Positions 49,101 through 62,131 of a DNA stretch of 64,000 nt are shown here, piece after piece; positions within the stretch are counted from its first letter, which is position 1; each line of letters begins with the position of its first letter. The position numbers and the translations under genes were made by a program. Where the stretch lies: positions 744,001-808,000 of the forward strand of contig CM039004.1 in NCBI GenBank assembly GCA_017499595.2, written 5' to 3'. Origin of the DNA: Psilocybe cubensis. Taxonomy: Eukaryota. Below the pieces are notes generated by a model. The model ran no database searches and was not told the DNA's origin. It saw nothing but the letters and a program-made list of their open reading frames with translations.

Positions 49101-50814
49101 AGGCAGCTATGGACGAAGAAATTGAGACGCTTTTACGGATGGGTACTTGGGAGATGATGAAGATTCCGGATGGAAGGAAACTGGTTGGATGCCGTTGGGT
49201 CTACGCGAAGAAACGGGACGAAAACGGGAACGTCATCAAGTACAAGGCCCGACTAGTCGTTCAGGGATGCTCTCAGAGACCTGGTACAGACTACAGCGAG
49301 GACGGAACATTCGCACCAGTCATGCGATTCGACACGCTACGCTCGCTACTCGCATATTCGGCCGTACACAATCTCAAGATGCGTCAATTCGATATAAAGG
49401 GTGCATATTTGCATGGTTACATCTCGGAGGAGATATATATGGTCCAACCACCCGGTTATGACGATGGCACTGGTCAGGCATGCCGTCTCATTCGTTCGCT
49501 TTACGGTCTCAAGCAGGCAGGAAACGTATGGAACCATGAACTCGATAACGCTCTCACTTCATTCGGTTTTACGAAACTCAAGAGCGATTACTGCTGCTAC
49601 ATCCGTCGAGCTGAAAACGGCGATTTTACGATTTTGGTTACCTGGGTGGACGACATAATCAGTTTCTCAACAAACGACTCGCTCAACGACCAGCTGGAGC
49701 GAGAATTAGGCTCGAAATTCGACGTTAAATCGATGGGTCAGCCCTCGATGATGCTAGGATTCAAGCTCGAGCAAAAGGACCATTACATTTCGCTCTCGCA
49801 AGCACACTACATCGACAAACTCCTCGAGAAGTTTGGTTTACAAGACGCGAACCCCGTTTCGACGCCTATGGACCCGAACGTGCGATTGGATAAGGATGAA
49901 GGTGTTCGGGAGGATGGAGACGGTCAGGGGGAGGTTAATTCGCGTTTAGGATTCAGTTATGCAACGGTCATCGGCTCGCTCATGTATCTGGCACTCGGAA
50001 CTCGTCCAGACATCGCGTTTGCGGTATACAAACTCGCGCAATTCACCAGCAAGCCGAAATCGACTCATTGGACCGCTGTCAAACGTATATTTCGTTATCT
50101 GAAGGGCACGCGCAATCACAAACTTACTTACGGCGGCGATTCGCAAGTTTTGGACGTAAATCTCAATGTTTATTGCGACGCCGATTGGGCTGAAAACTAC
50201 GATCGGAAATCAACTAGCGGATACGTGGTTACGATAGCAGGCGGCGCTGTGGCATGGAGCTCGAAGAAACAGAATACGGTCGCACTTTCAACCGCTGAAG
50301 CCGAATACGTTTCCACAACGCATGCGGCGAAGCAAGTCTTATGGCACCGCTCACTCTTCACGGAGCTCGGTTTCCACATTCCATCAACGTCAACCATCTT
50401 TACCGACAATACGGCAGCCATTTCGATTGCGCATCATCCAGAATTCCATGCCCGTACGAAGCACATTGACATTGCATTTCATTTCCTACGCGACTTGGTG
50501 GAGAAGAAGACGCTCGACACGGTTTACATCAACACTTCAAACAATTTGGCAGACGTTTTCACAAAGGCTTTACCTCGCGTTGCACACGATGGTTTCACGT
50601 TGCAGTTGGGAGTTTTGGCCGACTAAGGGGGAGTGTTGGAATGATAGTCGGCGAGCGACTTGGTCGCTAAGTCGTTATCTTCCTCTTGTAGTTTATCTTA
50701 TCATATTTTTTCTAGATTATTCTACTATAGGTTCCGTAGTTACTGTAGGTACAACCGTGTAGCTACGTCGTGAATCTACATCTTTTACCACCACTGCGCA
50801 TTATACTTACAACA
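46181..50814 (+). mobile_element. Intact Ty1/copia LTR retrotransposon (4,634 bp)
   Basis: 181-bp TG..CA LTRs at 46181-46361 and 50634-50814 that appear identical. TSD TACTA at 46176-46180 and 50815-50819. PBS GGTTATGGGCCC at 46362 and PPT AAGGGGGAG before the 3' LTR. Confidence 0.97.
46457..50626 (+). CDS. Copia Gag-Pol polyprotein (gag, CCHC, protease, integrase, RT, RNase H)
   Basis: CYNCHKMGHISKDC, WLYDSATTSH, WHRRFGH..CEAC, SDVWGP/RMDNGKE/QNGVAERYN, LYGLKQAG/WVDD, YCDADW..RTKHID in copia order. Confidence 0.97.
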   Translation: MADSTTAEVNIGGYRIDTLKAHNWMPWKRRMLAVLVDLGLEKYVDGTSLRPGSAKPNAPTAEEIAAQTAWDKGDAKARCRIELALSDAEMVHVLGARTAREMWTQLCTVKESKGRLGVLATRRALFRATAEEGCDMAEHIAKLRQFQEELHIMGSIVSDEDFVMILLTSLPESWENYASSFLGSSGNRPTLTSQELVGVLLEEARRRKERGGDGAGGTTLQVRGGQGSSDGKGNGSRDGSGGKECYNCHKMGHISKDCWAKGGGREGKGPRGRKTKNRGRTNQAREDVNTTLNDEVAYHTYSTSNFSRYDWLYDSATTSHVCPVREAFIEYTPLVNSSVRGVGKSPAIIAGRGTVILNFDVDGQTITHRLKDVLHIPEAENALMSLGRFERDGRSSSFKNGKVLLMDAKDKVIGKGSKRGQMYILHARAQLNSGEQVNYVSPKLTWDQWHRRFGHISVSSLQKLVRNDLVVGLSVDETSIPSPSCEACIQAKQTHKPFPGEAENRSTVPGERTMSDVWGPIGTRSVNGFYYYITFMDDAKRYNGVVFLKDKKEAAKAIENHGERVKRRFGQYPRYIRMDNGKELVNERIKKWAAERGIEIETTAPYSPSQNGVAERYNRTLLELARAMIIAKNLPLFLWDEAVNYANYLRNRAPTRALDDKTPYEGWHNKKPDVSHLREFGCDVWVLDETKGLSKLKPRSKKMVFVGFNEGSKSVRYYDPKSRTVKSSRNVSFNENETPQNVEIPGLSSEGERNESTDVKSSENEPETVKNEPISSTASIPQPSIRRSAREHNFVDYKKANNPNARLPTTRSQTTLNAPQIATKSTETSSAKSTATEQANIVKEQLWGAILDDSERVFAMRELDVPRTLEEALESCEAAAWKAAMDEEIETLLRMGTWEMMKIPDGRKLVGCRWVYAKKRDENGNVIKYKARLVVQGCSQRPGTDYSEDGTFAPVMRFDTLRSLLAYSAVHNLKMRQFDIKGAYLHGYISEEIYMVQPPGYDDGTGQACRLIRSLYGLKQAGNVWNHELDNALTSFGFTKLKSDYCCYIRRAENGDFTILVTWVDDIISFSTNDSLNDQLERELGSKFDVKSMGQPSMMLGFKLEQKDHYISLSQAHYIDKLLEKFGLQDANPVSTPMDPNVRLDKDEGVREDGDGQGEVNSRLGFSYATVIGSLMYLALGTRPDIAFAVYKLAQFTSKPKSTHWTAVKRIFRYLKGTRNHKLTYGGDSQVLDVNLNVYCDADWAENYDRKSTSGYVVTIAGGAVAWSSKKQNTVALSTAEAEYVSTTHAAKQVLWHRSLFTELGFHIPSTSTIFTDNTAAISIAHHPEFHARTKHIDIAFHFLRDLVEKKTLDTVYINTSNNLADVFTKALPRVAHDGFTLQLGVLAD

Positions 50815-51205
50815 TACTAGAACCCTAATGTCTTTCCCGTATGATACATCCCCATTAAAATCTATTAAGAGTTATTTTACATTCAGAACTACCTTACTGC
50901 CTCAAGAAGAGAAATTGTTTCTTGATCGGGTCAGGGGAGCGTTGTAGGTTATGGATTAAAATCATGGTCTTAGGTTATAGGTGCAGTAAATTTAGTATAC
51001 ATCCCAAACACGATGAAAAGTTGAATAGACAACTATCCAATAAATTTTATATATCCAACTTCCTGACTGGAAGTTTTAACGCGTCTACCGGCCCACCTTT
51101 CCTTTGTCCCAGAAAGCGGTTCTGTATCGTTTCATTAACAAAATTCTCGTTACAGTAAGTACAACAATATGGCTAAGCGTGATATATAGCCAGACACTCG
51201 TAATA

Positions 51206-52936
51206 TCAGGCAGTGCTTACACTCTCTACACCTGAGCTATTCCCTCCTGAGGAATTGTAACTGGCTCTCTTCTTGATCCCAAGAGCAGGCAAAATTTCCG
51301 CTGTTGAATATTTTAGAGATGTAGATATTATCAGTAAGGTGTAGGACGCACGCTTGACCATTTTCCAGGTTAGTTCTTCTTTTTGCGTGGGGTCTGTGAT
51401 CAACAACGCTCCCAGCGTCAAAGCGCACTAAGAATAATCAAAATAAGTTTTGAGTACAGACAAAGAGGGACATACTGAGAAGCTGAGAATCCCGAGGCAT
51501 GGTAAAAGGCCGACAAAGTCTGTAAAAAACAATAATTAGGATATCGAAATATCAGTCCAGCGAAGCGGATACCAACCAAGGACGTCGCCTGTAAAGGTGG
51601 TATGAGTAAGTTGCGAATTTGAACCACAACGATCGCAGAACATACCGAAACCGGGTGGGGCGCCTGGCATGCTGGCACGCAGCTGGGTAAAGGCAAACAC
51701 AGTGGCGACGGGAATAATCAAGACTTCCGTACGCTGACGGAAACCAAACACAACAGCAGTAAACGAAAGAAGGAATAACGCCAGTGTGATAATCCCTAGA
51801 GCAGCAGCATTCATGAGTAAAAGTATTCTGTTACAAAGAAAGTGAGTAGCTGACAGATCGCAATGGTGATGATGATGCAGAATGCGATAATCAGGGCACC
51901 CCGCCGAACGCTGATTTCTGTCGCAATGATCTCCGCATCCAACCCAAAGTTGGATTGGTCAATATACAGCAAGGATGCTGTAAAACCGCTGATTATTATA
52001 TTGTCAACAGCCTGGATGTATTTCATCGATTACGCGACCTACACAGCAGTACCCCCCACAACGTCGAGATGGAGATTTACTGATTTGTTGTTACTATCTT
52101 GTGCATACATGAATATGTTGGCAGCATAGCTGTTTTTTGTGGAATAGAGTAGAAGTGAGTATCACTTGTCAAGAAAAATAAATTGAAAAGGCACTTACGT
52201 ATCGAATGGGTAATTTACCAGGGAGAGGCGGCGAGGCGATCCGGATTGAAATAACCGAATATTAGTTCGGAAGGTGGGCGTATTGGATCTAAAGTCCGAC
52301 GAAGAGGCAGTAGCGTTGAAGCGAAATAACGGTGTCGAGGGAACGTCACTGCTAGGTACTCCATTACCGATGTCGTCTGAATTGTCCAAAAGGTTACTGA
52401 GAGAGTTAAGAAAATTCAGATATTATGAGGATTATCAGGTATATGAAAACTTACTTGTCGAAGAAAATACTAACATCGGTGCATTCGCCAACGGCCTTGG
52501 AGTCTCTTACACATGTATCAGAGTCCACACCCCAATCGAAAGTTATAATTGATGATGTAGGATCTGCTGAGACAAGGAACGCGCTGATCGACAAATTCCT
52601 CCCTGCAAAGCCACCCGAAGGAGGGATATAACTGAGCCCCTTTGTGTGTAAGAAAAAGCCGAGAAGAATGGATATCAAAGGCGCAATGATGCAGAATGCG
52701 ATGGAGGAGAGAATCCAGTACTTGATGAGTCGGCGTTGCTTGGTGTTGGCGCAAGGGACTTCCTTGGATGGCTCCTCAGCTTGAGAATCCGTCTGAGTTG
52801 GGGATGTGGGGAGACCTGGTGTCGTCGCTGACAACTGGTTAGTATTGCTGTACCGGCATGGTTCCAATTTGATCGGCGTCGTCTCTTTCGAGAGCGACGA
52901 ATCGGGACGCCCTAACTCGGGGGCTGCACTGTCCAT
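51206..52936 (-). CDS. DUF4436-like multi-pass membrane protein, multi-exon
   Basis: N-terminal TM segment, SLVNYPFD, and a C-terminal TM bundle with PVATVFAFTQLRASMPGAPPGFG..D..GLLPCL. Confidence 0.75.
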
Positions 52937-53479
52937 GTTCGGCCTCAGTCCGTGGGGTCATGATAGAATCTGTTGGCTGTATTATATATCCACGCAACCA
53001 CTTCTCTCCCAAGTCGTGCTAACCTGACATGATGGAAAATTTGCCGATGAAAACATAAGCGCCTGCGCCCATCCGAATCAACCAGTGAACTGACAATCAT
53101 GTCATCCGGCACTGTTATATATAGCAACGGTACTTCATTTCGGCTCCCGTCGAGCCGGTGCTAGTACAACGAGGCAATTATTTCGTTCGTATCCTTGACT
53201 CTTGATTCTTTCCGCTGGAATGGATATACCGCCCATTACTGCGGCACACAATTCATGCACATGCCAGTTTCGTGACATAGATGACAGCCTTTCGGAACAA
53301 GCGCCGTTGCAGAGCCATTATGATGTTAGGTCATAGTTCAACATTCATTAGGGTCCGGCTTTCTTGGCCCTTGCCTATAACTGTCAATAATGACTCCCAG
53401 AAGCGTGCACAATGAGGTTATACGTACAATGCAAGTAATGGTATCTTCTGTTTTCCCAGCATCAACGGAGGTTTCAATG

Positions 53480-53628
53480 CGCTCGTCTAGTCTATCGTTC
53501 CCGCGTTAAAAGCGTGCGTGATTATTGATAGTTGTGAAGATATGTCATGAAACCGTTTCATGACATATCTTCACAACTATCAATAATCACGCACGCTTTT
53601 AACGCGGGAACGATAGACTAGACGAGCG
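53480..53628. repeat. Perfect 149-bp palindrome (74-bp arms, 1-nt spacer at 53554)
   Basis: CGCTCGTCTAG...CATGAAAC-C-GTTTCATG...CTAGACGAGCG. Confidence 0.95.
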
Positions 53629-54502
53629 TCTATGGGGATTCCAAAAACAAACGGCGTTTATGCGCACCCGGATGGAAACGACGATGGAAAACGAGCTATT
53701 CACGAGGACTATTCTTAATTCCCGCATCCACGACCACCAATGATCGACACGGCCTTTCGGCGCGATCAGATTGTTGCCAGCACTCAGGCAGGTAACAATC
53801 ATTGACAATGGACTCTGGGAAGTGGGATGGATGGGCCGTGGTCGTGGAATCGTGATGATCATGGCGCTGCACCCTTGCAAAGAGATTCCAACTGAAAACA
53901 TAGAGCGTTTCGACGATCAGTAAAAGCGACATCATGATATCGCAAAGATTTATGTGCCACGTACACATGTATACATACTTGTTCACGCGTCTGAACGCGA
54001 GCAGCAGCCATGACCGTATTCTCTCCGTTACACATAGATAACACAAGTAAGGTACAAACACACCCCAACCTCAAAAAGACAAGTTAGGGAAGTAACAAGC
54101 GCATCCGAGTCAACCAAGCCATTTCGGCTACACATACAACACCCGGCTGACGCGCACAGGTCGCGCGCGCTAAAAGAAGTCAAAAAGACAAAAATAGCCT
54201 AGCCACGAGTTAAACGACAAAGTGTTGAACGTTGAACGTTGAACATTGGCAATCAAAAATAAAAAGAGCGCTGTCGCAATCACATTAGCACGCATATAAA
54301 ACAAATCAATAAAGTCCACAAACGAAACCGAAAAAAAGTAAACTCACCGAGGAGTAGAAATTGTAAGTATCCAGTCAACCAGTTCTTTTAATCAGTCATT
54401 CCGTAGTAAGTTAGTTAGTAAAACCACAACGTCCTCATACCACTTCCAAACACAAACACGGTACACTCCCCCTTCCTTCCCCTCCCAGAACGGCCACTAA
54501 AC

Positions 54503-56076
54503 CTAAACCTGTCCATAAAACACAGACTGGACATATTCATCCATCGTCCGGCCCTCAATCGTGCTCAAAATCTCATCGATCTATAAACAGCGACACAGTC
54601 AGCACACCGAACCCCCATGACACGAATTAGCGCGCATATAATTATATCAATCGAGTCTTGGACTTGGACGGACGTACCTCCTTAGGTGGGTTAAGTCCCA
54701 GTGCCTGCGCACGATCCCACCGCTCTCGGCGCGTCACACCCACACATGGTCCATACGCGTAGTCGCTGCACATACGCGACAGAGAGGTAACAGAGACGCA
54801 CAATGAGCAACGAGCGACGAGAAACGAGGCGAGCATAATCAGCAAAAAGTGTAGATATTGGAAAAGTGAAGGACTCAGTACTCACTTGTCAAAGTACCGC
54901 AGAATCTGATGTATCCTGTTCTCATTCTCCCCGTGAACTACAAGAACCACAATAATCGTCGTCAGCTCACTGTGCACAAGAGAGACAGAAGATGAGACGT
55001 AGAATGGAGTGGACGTGGATGGGGATGGGGAACCAAAAAGAAGGGTAAAGAGACTCACTATCCGACACGTCGCCGTACTTCTCCTTCAGCTTGTCGAGGT
55101 ACTTGCGCCACTTGATAGCTTTCACCTTGAGCTGCGTCGGCTCCTTCTCATTCTCATTCTCCTTCTCCATTGCTTTCTCCACCGCTTTCTCTTTCTCTTT
55201 ATCCTCCTTAACCTCCATCGCCTTCAAATCTTTAACCCCAGGATTTCCATTCAGCGTCGCCTTGACACCACTTTCCAGCCGCGCGTTCGCCTCTACGCGC
55301 TTCGCGACATCGTCCTCTGTCCGATTCGACGGCTTGAACATCCCCGCGTCTTTCCCCGTCGCCCCAGCATCGTCAACGTCCATCTCCCCCGCACTCTCTA
55401 TCTCATCCACCACCTCGTCTTTGATGACCTTGCGCTTCTTCGGCGTCGGCGTCTGGATCGGTGTGCCCACATCCTTATCCTTATCTATACCACCAATACC
55501 ACTACCATTCCCATTCACGTTCTTCCCCGCAGGCGAAGCCGTCTCAGCAGCAGCAGCTTGCGCGCGCGTCGTACGTCCCTGTACCACCGACACAGGCTTC
55601 TCCTCAACAGTCTCGAACGTCGACACGGAGCTCTCCGTGTCGCTCGCGATATACTCGACATCCTCGTCCTCGTCCGCGTCAAAGTCGTCCGCTGGCTCGA
55701 TGTCGTCGCGATAATCTGCGTCCGTGTCTTTAGCGGTCGGCTTGTCTTTGGCCTTGAGCCTTGATGATGCCGTGTCAGCCTTTGTGCTGCTCGAAGGGCG
55801 CTTGGAACCGGGTGTTTGAGCCGCTTCCTCTTGGACTTGAACTTGGAATTCAGCTGTATCTTGGTCTTGAGCGTGTTCTTGAGGAGGAGCGGGAGGGGGA
55901 GCAGCAGCAGAGGCCGCGCCGGCGTTGAAGAACGCCGCAATCGACCCGCCACTGCCCGCTTTCGCCTGGGGCTTCCCAGTCGCAGCAGTCGACCCCGTAC
56001 GCTTCGCGGTGTTGAAGGAAAGCGTGCTTTGTTTCATCGCTGAAGCTGCACCAGATGACGTTTTCTTTGGGGACAT
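54503..56076 (-). CDS. DNA polymerase delta subunit 4 (POLD4/Cdm1) family protein with a long disordered N-terminus
   Basis: Spliced C-terminus HGENENRIHQILRYFD|NDYAYGPCVGVTRRERWDRAQALGLNPPKE|IDEILST. N-terminal KQSTLSF is PIP-box-like. Confidence 0.85.
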
Positions 56077-56655
56077 GGGGTCAAGTCAAAAGGCGACGTG
56101 GAGTTCAGAGCTTTCAAGCTGCGAGCTTCAAGAGTTGGAGTGGATAGGTCGATGAGTGGTGGGTAAAGTTTGCGAAAGGGTTTATATGCTACCTGAGAAG
56201 GATATATGCGGTAGATCCTGTAAAACAAAGCAGCGGCGAACAAAACGTTCGTCAGTTTTGGATGTATGTAGTAGTAGTAGTAGTTTTGGTTCAAGTCAAA
56301 GAGGGCTCGAGCGGAGTGGGTGGATGACGGAACCAATTTAGATTTATCTCCTATTTTGGAAGTCGCACCCCCTATTCCGACTCTGCTACCCCGTTACACT
56401 TTGAAAATCTTATATAAATCTTATTTAGATTGTTCTCAAGTATAGTTATTACACTATAGATAGCCAGGAACTAGATATATGCGCATAGATGTACACTCTA
56501 TATAAATATGTACAAAACATATAATAACATATAGCATTTACAGCTTAAATATGCAACCAACCCACCCAATAAAATACAAAAAAAAACATATCCAACTCTC
56601 CAAAGAACATGGAACAAAGAAAGAGCTCAAAAAGTCCCATCCAGCAAAATCTCAA

Positions 56656-57857
56656 TTAGGCGCTCGTCCTCGACGCGCGCCCCTTCCCCGTCCCGCACGA
56701 ATGCTCAATATCCTCCTCCTCCTTCCTCAGCCGGTTCATCGTCGCAGCCAACACACGCATCCTCCTCTCCTCCTGCGTCTCCACATCAAACGCAGCCATA
56801 CTATCTGAAACAGCTCTTGACGAAGAGGCGCCGCCGCCGAGGGTGTACGCGCGCGCCTCGGCCTCGAGTTCAGCTGCTGGCTCGTACACCTCGCCAGGCC
56901 GCCCGGAGAGGTAATGCGTTCCCTGCGCCACAGCGCGTTCGTACTCCGCAACCTCCCTATTCAGCTTCGAATTAAGCGCCTTGAACTACAAAAAACCCCA
57001 AAATCAGTTAAACATCAAACAAAAGAGAAAAAGAAAACGCACATTCTCATCATGGTCACCCCACACATTATGCGTCAGCTCATGACACAGCACCCTCCTC
57101 ACATCACTATACAATCTAAACCCATCATACTTATCCGTCCTCAACCGCAACTTGATCTTCTCGCCTCTATTCTCATTCAACCCAAGCAGCTCCGGGTGCT
57201 CGTGCGGCGCGAGCTCCGTCAGCAGCCCGACGGAGAACTGGTGCGTGTGCATGATGTGCAGGATCGCGGGGTCCGAGGAGAGTTTAGTTAGCAAAGCATG
57301 TGCAGCGTCGGGGTTGGGGAGGTGTGCGAGTGGCTGGAGGGCGTGGAAGCGGTGTTGGAGCGAGCTGGATGAAGAGGAGGAAGAAAGGGTAGATATCGAG
57401 TTTCCCGCTGGCCCTGTAGTCCCCACCTAGACACCAGAAAAAGAAAACTAGTCAGCCGTGGTCCAACAGTCCAAGAAGCTTACAAACGCACCTTGACAGC
57501 AGGCTTCATCGCCCTCTTGTGCATCACACCCTCCCTGCGCGCCCTCTCCCCTTCCACAGCTCTAACACCCTCAACCTCGCGCATCGTCGAGCCAAGCATC
57601 TGTACCTTCACCCCATCCCTCAATCCCACCGCTTCCACAGTCGCATCTCCACCAGCCGCTATCGAGCGCTTACCCTTGTACAACAGCTTCTGCAGCGCAG
57701 GCGGCACCTCCGTGAGCTCCTCGATCCGCGCATGTAGCGCATCGAGCGGTGTGTCGGGTGGAAGCGAGAGCGTGTGTGTTGTACCCCGGAAGGCTACGTG
57801 CAGGGTTATTGGGTTTGGGTGCGATGAGCTAGACGCAGAAGATGGGGATGACGACAT
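56656..57857 (-). CDS. Ubiquitin-like plus WLM (Wss1-like) metalloprotease
   Basis: UBL (LHVAFRG..QKLLYKG..VQMLGS) and WLM (FSVGLLTEL, LLGLNENRGEKIKLRLRTD, LCHELTHNVWGDHD with an HExxH motif). Two introns. Confidence 0.9.
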
Positions 57858-58320
57858 CGTCTAAATCGTGAGTGTGTGTATGCGTGCGCTTAGAATCGGT
57901 TATGTGTTCGGATGGATTAAACGTAGTTGTGTCGTTATCAAGTGATAATAATCGTTATGGTGGTGGTGGTGGTGGTATACACTCAAGCTGTTATCCCGGG
58001 GGTATAGAGTCCAACGACGTTCGTGGACAAGAGCTGTTGTATATCTATCATCCCGAGGCCCGAGGCCCGAGTCCGCGTCATCGCGAGCCATAACGTGATC
58101 TAATTAGGTGAGTAAGCAAGCAAAGCACTGCCACATCTACGACATTCTCGAACGCACTCGTCTACAAAACTGTAGAAGATGGGGTTTATAAAGCATATAA
58201 AATATTCCCGCCTAATCCTATGTTTTTAACTAAATAATAAACTAGATACTACATACATTTTGTACAAAAATCCTGTATCAGCACCTCCCCCGGCCTCCTC
58301 AAAACCATGCTTCAAATAAA

Positions 58321-59705
58321 TCACAGCTTAGGCCCGACCTTGACAAGCCCAGCATTGCGCTGCAGAATCGCAGCGGCGTCGCGGACCATGTTGTCCACGA
58401 TAACCTGCGCAGGGAGGATATCCTTGATCACAGACGAAACGCTGCCCATGAGCCAGGGTCGTCCCGCAACAGACTTCTCGGGGTGCTTCTCGAGCTCATT
58501 GTAGTGGGGGATGATACCCTTGGACGTCAGCTCCTTGATCTCAGCCTGTCTGTTCTCCTCCCTATATCATGTATGTATTATTAGCATTCACCGTCGAATG
58601 TGTTAAAGAAGGCAGAGGGGGGAAACGTACCAGTCGGCGACGTAGGGCGTCTTGCGGACGCGCATGGGACGACCAGTGAAGATGACTGTGCGCGCAACGT
58701 CCTCGAATCCAGCGCTGACAACGAGCTCCTTATGGAGCTTAGGCGCACCAGCCTCAACTGAAGCCACAAAGCGCGTTCCGACCCCTAAAAAACAAACAAA
58801 ATCATAAACCCATGGCTCTCAGCCAAAAAAAGAAAAAACCATCAACTCACAAACAGCCTGAGCGCCCCACGCCAAATTCGCAGCAAGCCCACGTCCATCA
58901 AACACCGCGCCCGCACCGACCACATACACATCCTTCCCCGTCAACGGGCTCTTAGCGCCCTTCACAGCATCCACACACGCCGGGATCAAAATGCTCGCCG
59001 CAATATCACCCGTGTGCCCTCCTCCCTCGCCCGCCTGCGCGCAGATGAGATCAACGCCGACATCCAGCGCCTTCTTCACGTGCTTCGGGTGCCCGACCAT
59101 GTTCATCACGAGGATGCCCGCTTTGTGCAGCTCCTGCACGGCCCAGGCGGGCGGGACGCCCACTGCGGAGACGAAGAGCGTCGCTTTTTCCTCGATGATG
59201 ACTTGGATTAGCTCTGGGAGCTGGCCTTTGGTGTAGTCGGTCTGTAAGGGAGGGTGTTGAGCGGGGCTCGGGCTGTGTGCAGAGCTGGTTCAAGGGGACG
59301 TACGTTGGTCTTGCGCGCACTGCCGCCGACTTGGGGCAAGAGCAGGTCGACGCCGAACGGCGCATTGGGGTTCTTCAAGTCCTTCTTCAGGAGTTGAATC
59401 TGGCAAAGAGTCCGTTAGCACCACCGCATAACTTGGACGACATGGGAGAGAGGCAGCACGTACCTGCTGGCGGAGGATCTTGGGTGTGTATCCAATACCA
59501 CCGATGACTCCCAGTCCTCCCGCATTAGTGACGGCCGCTGCGAGCTCAGGGCCAGCAGCGACGTTCATTCTGACAAAAACCGAGCACAGATGAGAAACTC
59601 CTGATACTTCTGATACAAGAAGCACGGAACATGCACATACCCAGCGAGGAGAATGGGATGCTTGATCCCGAAGAGCTCAGTAATAGGTGTAGTGATCACA
59701 GCCAT
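58321..59705 (-). CDS. Nitronate monooxygenase / 2-nitropropane dioxygenase family flavoenzyme
   Basis: ITELFGIKHPILLA|GMNVAAGPELAAAVTNAGGLGVIGG, PFGVDL, AQAGEGGGHTG, GAVFDGRGLAA, VGTRFVAS, WLMGSV. Confidence 0.92.
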
Positions 59706-62131
59706 CTCGTTTGTCTTTTGCTCTCGTTGCGTTGCGCGCGGGATATCAAATAGTCAAGAAGGTATCAAGAAGTACAAGATACAAGATCCAAGTCCCAAGA
59801 AAACAAACAAAATCCCGTAAACGAGAAAAGTGAGAGGTGGTGGAGGTGGTGGAGGTGGGTACAAAGAGAAAGAGGAGCGCAGGCCGCGGGGTATTATATG
59901 CAAGACGGCAGCGAGAGGTGCATGATTTCTATTTGCTGGGCTGGGAAGGTGGACCGGCTTTGGTATGCACCCGACCCGGCGGGGACCGAGCCCGGCTTCT
60001 CTGCTCTTACATATTGCCCCAAATTGGGTCTTGGCTGCCATTTTTGCACCCGAGAAATGTGGGGGCACCTCCCCAGTGGTCAGTGAACGCGGCGCTGGAG
60101 GGGTTATACAGACTGACTTTAACTTTTCTTACATCTCGAGGACGCCGACAATGGTATTGTGGAACGATGGATCAATACGCTAGCTCTCCCGCTCGGGGAT
60201 GCCGCGTCTAAATAATTCAATCGACTGATGCCGCTGTATGCATATATGATGTTCAATCAACTAGCCGCACTGCAACTTGAATCTCAACAACAGCACCGAC
60301 CGAGGGCAACGCGACCACCTGCATTGATCAATCCAATATTACCGGACATACATACTACATCTTCCCCTCGCCCTTCTCGTATCTCAGTCACCCACCCACC
60401 CAACCGTACCCGCACTGATAATTCAGACAAATCAAAAAACCCTCATCATACCTACCCACCCAGCACGCCCCAATGTACATAGAATCACCATGCATGTACA
60501 TACCCGTACATACCCCATGGCCAGAACACAGGAGCCCTCTTATCCCTCCTTATCCTGCCGTACCCCACTTGACACTGCATGACATGGGGAAATTTGCAAA
60601 TGGCACGGGCTGAGTGAGGGGAAATTATGCAATTGCCTACAGGCTGCAATTGTGTTAAATGGAATTCATAAAATTTTTAAATGGATTGACTTGCATCTAC
60701 CTCGAGCCCCTGTCACCCTATCCCCTGCGTGTGCGTACGTCCGTTGTGTTTTCATGTCACGGAATTCGGACTCGGGACATTGGAATCCGGATGAGGAGAT
60801 ATAGGGACGAAGACGAGGATGAGATGAAGATTAACATTAACCGACGATTAGTATTACGCGGTGCGCACTGTCCAGTGTCCAATGCAAGCTTGAGCACTCG
60901 GGGGGAGAGGATTGATATCAGACAGATACCGTAACCTCTAAGCCTGCCACTGCCAATGAAGAGAACAGCGTTTTATATAAAATATTATGAGAGGAGTCGA
61001 CGGTCGATTTCATTCTCGAGGCTGGTACTGGCTGGTAAGCTTGAGCTTAAGTCTTCAATTTTGTTGACTCCCAATCGGACGCGATACTGAAGTCTTCGAG
61101 CTTCAGGTATCACTGCAAGTTCAAAACCAACAGGCTCAAGTTTTCGTCGTTCAATTTACTCTGAATCTATGTCTTCAAGTCTCCGACGCTTGTCGAGTTG
61201 TTGCCGATGTATACATATGCGATATTACACGACGAACAACGACACGATAGCTTTACTTTTGAACCAGTATCACACTGTCCCAGGATTCCCAGTTGAGCCA
61301 CGGATCCGCGTACCAGCCTGCTGCCTTGACCTATGTACCTTCTACAGCGTACGCCCCACCAGAACGCTATGGACTATCTATCTATCATACCAGTCTATAA
61401 ATATCTCATCACAGGGGCACAAGCTTCAAGGCACAGACAATCAAACTTCGATAATGATTTCACAGTTTTCCCAAATTACTGAGTATACCACTGGGTTCAT
61501 TAACGTTCGCATTAAACATTAAATATTAATCGAAATCATTTGCACTCAACAGTTAAAACGTTCAATGAGCCAATAACATTAAACAGACCATTGACAGAAC
61601 AACCCACAGCGATAACAAGAACAAGAACCCACGCCTCCCTCGACGAGTCGACATTTAAATTGCCCTCTGCCCATTACCGACATGTCAATATCTTCGCGAC
61701 GCGACGTCACCCTCTTCCCTCTCTCCCAGGACCCAAGGCAGGCACAAAAGTTCAACCATAATCAAAGCACAGCCCACAGTCAACAGTCAACGTTCACGTT
61801 CACGTTCAGCAGCTTCAGCATTCCCACCGCCCCAAATACATCGACGGTCCGTTTGCCCCTCTTTCTCCCTTCTCCCTTCTCCCTCTCCCCCTTCCTTCGT
61901 CCTCTCACACCTTCACGTCGTCTCTCTGATAGTTGACCCCGCACGCAGCTACCCAGCGCGTCGACTAACCCTCCACACCCACGCCCATACGCGCTTCACT
62001 CGACATCGTACGCACACCAACAACCCACACCTCCATCATCTTCGCAGCTCAGAGCTACGCACCGAAATAACGATACCACTTCAAACTTCACTTGAATCTT
62101 GACCTTGACCTTGATTTTGACTTTAATTACG

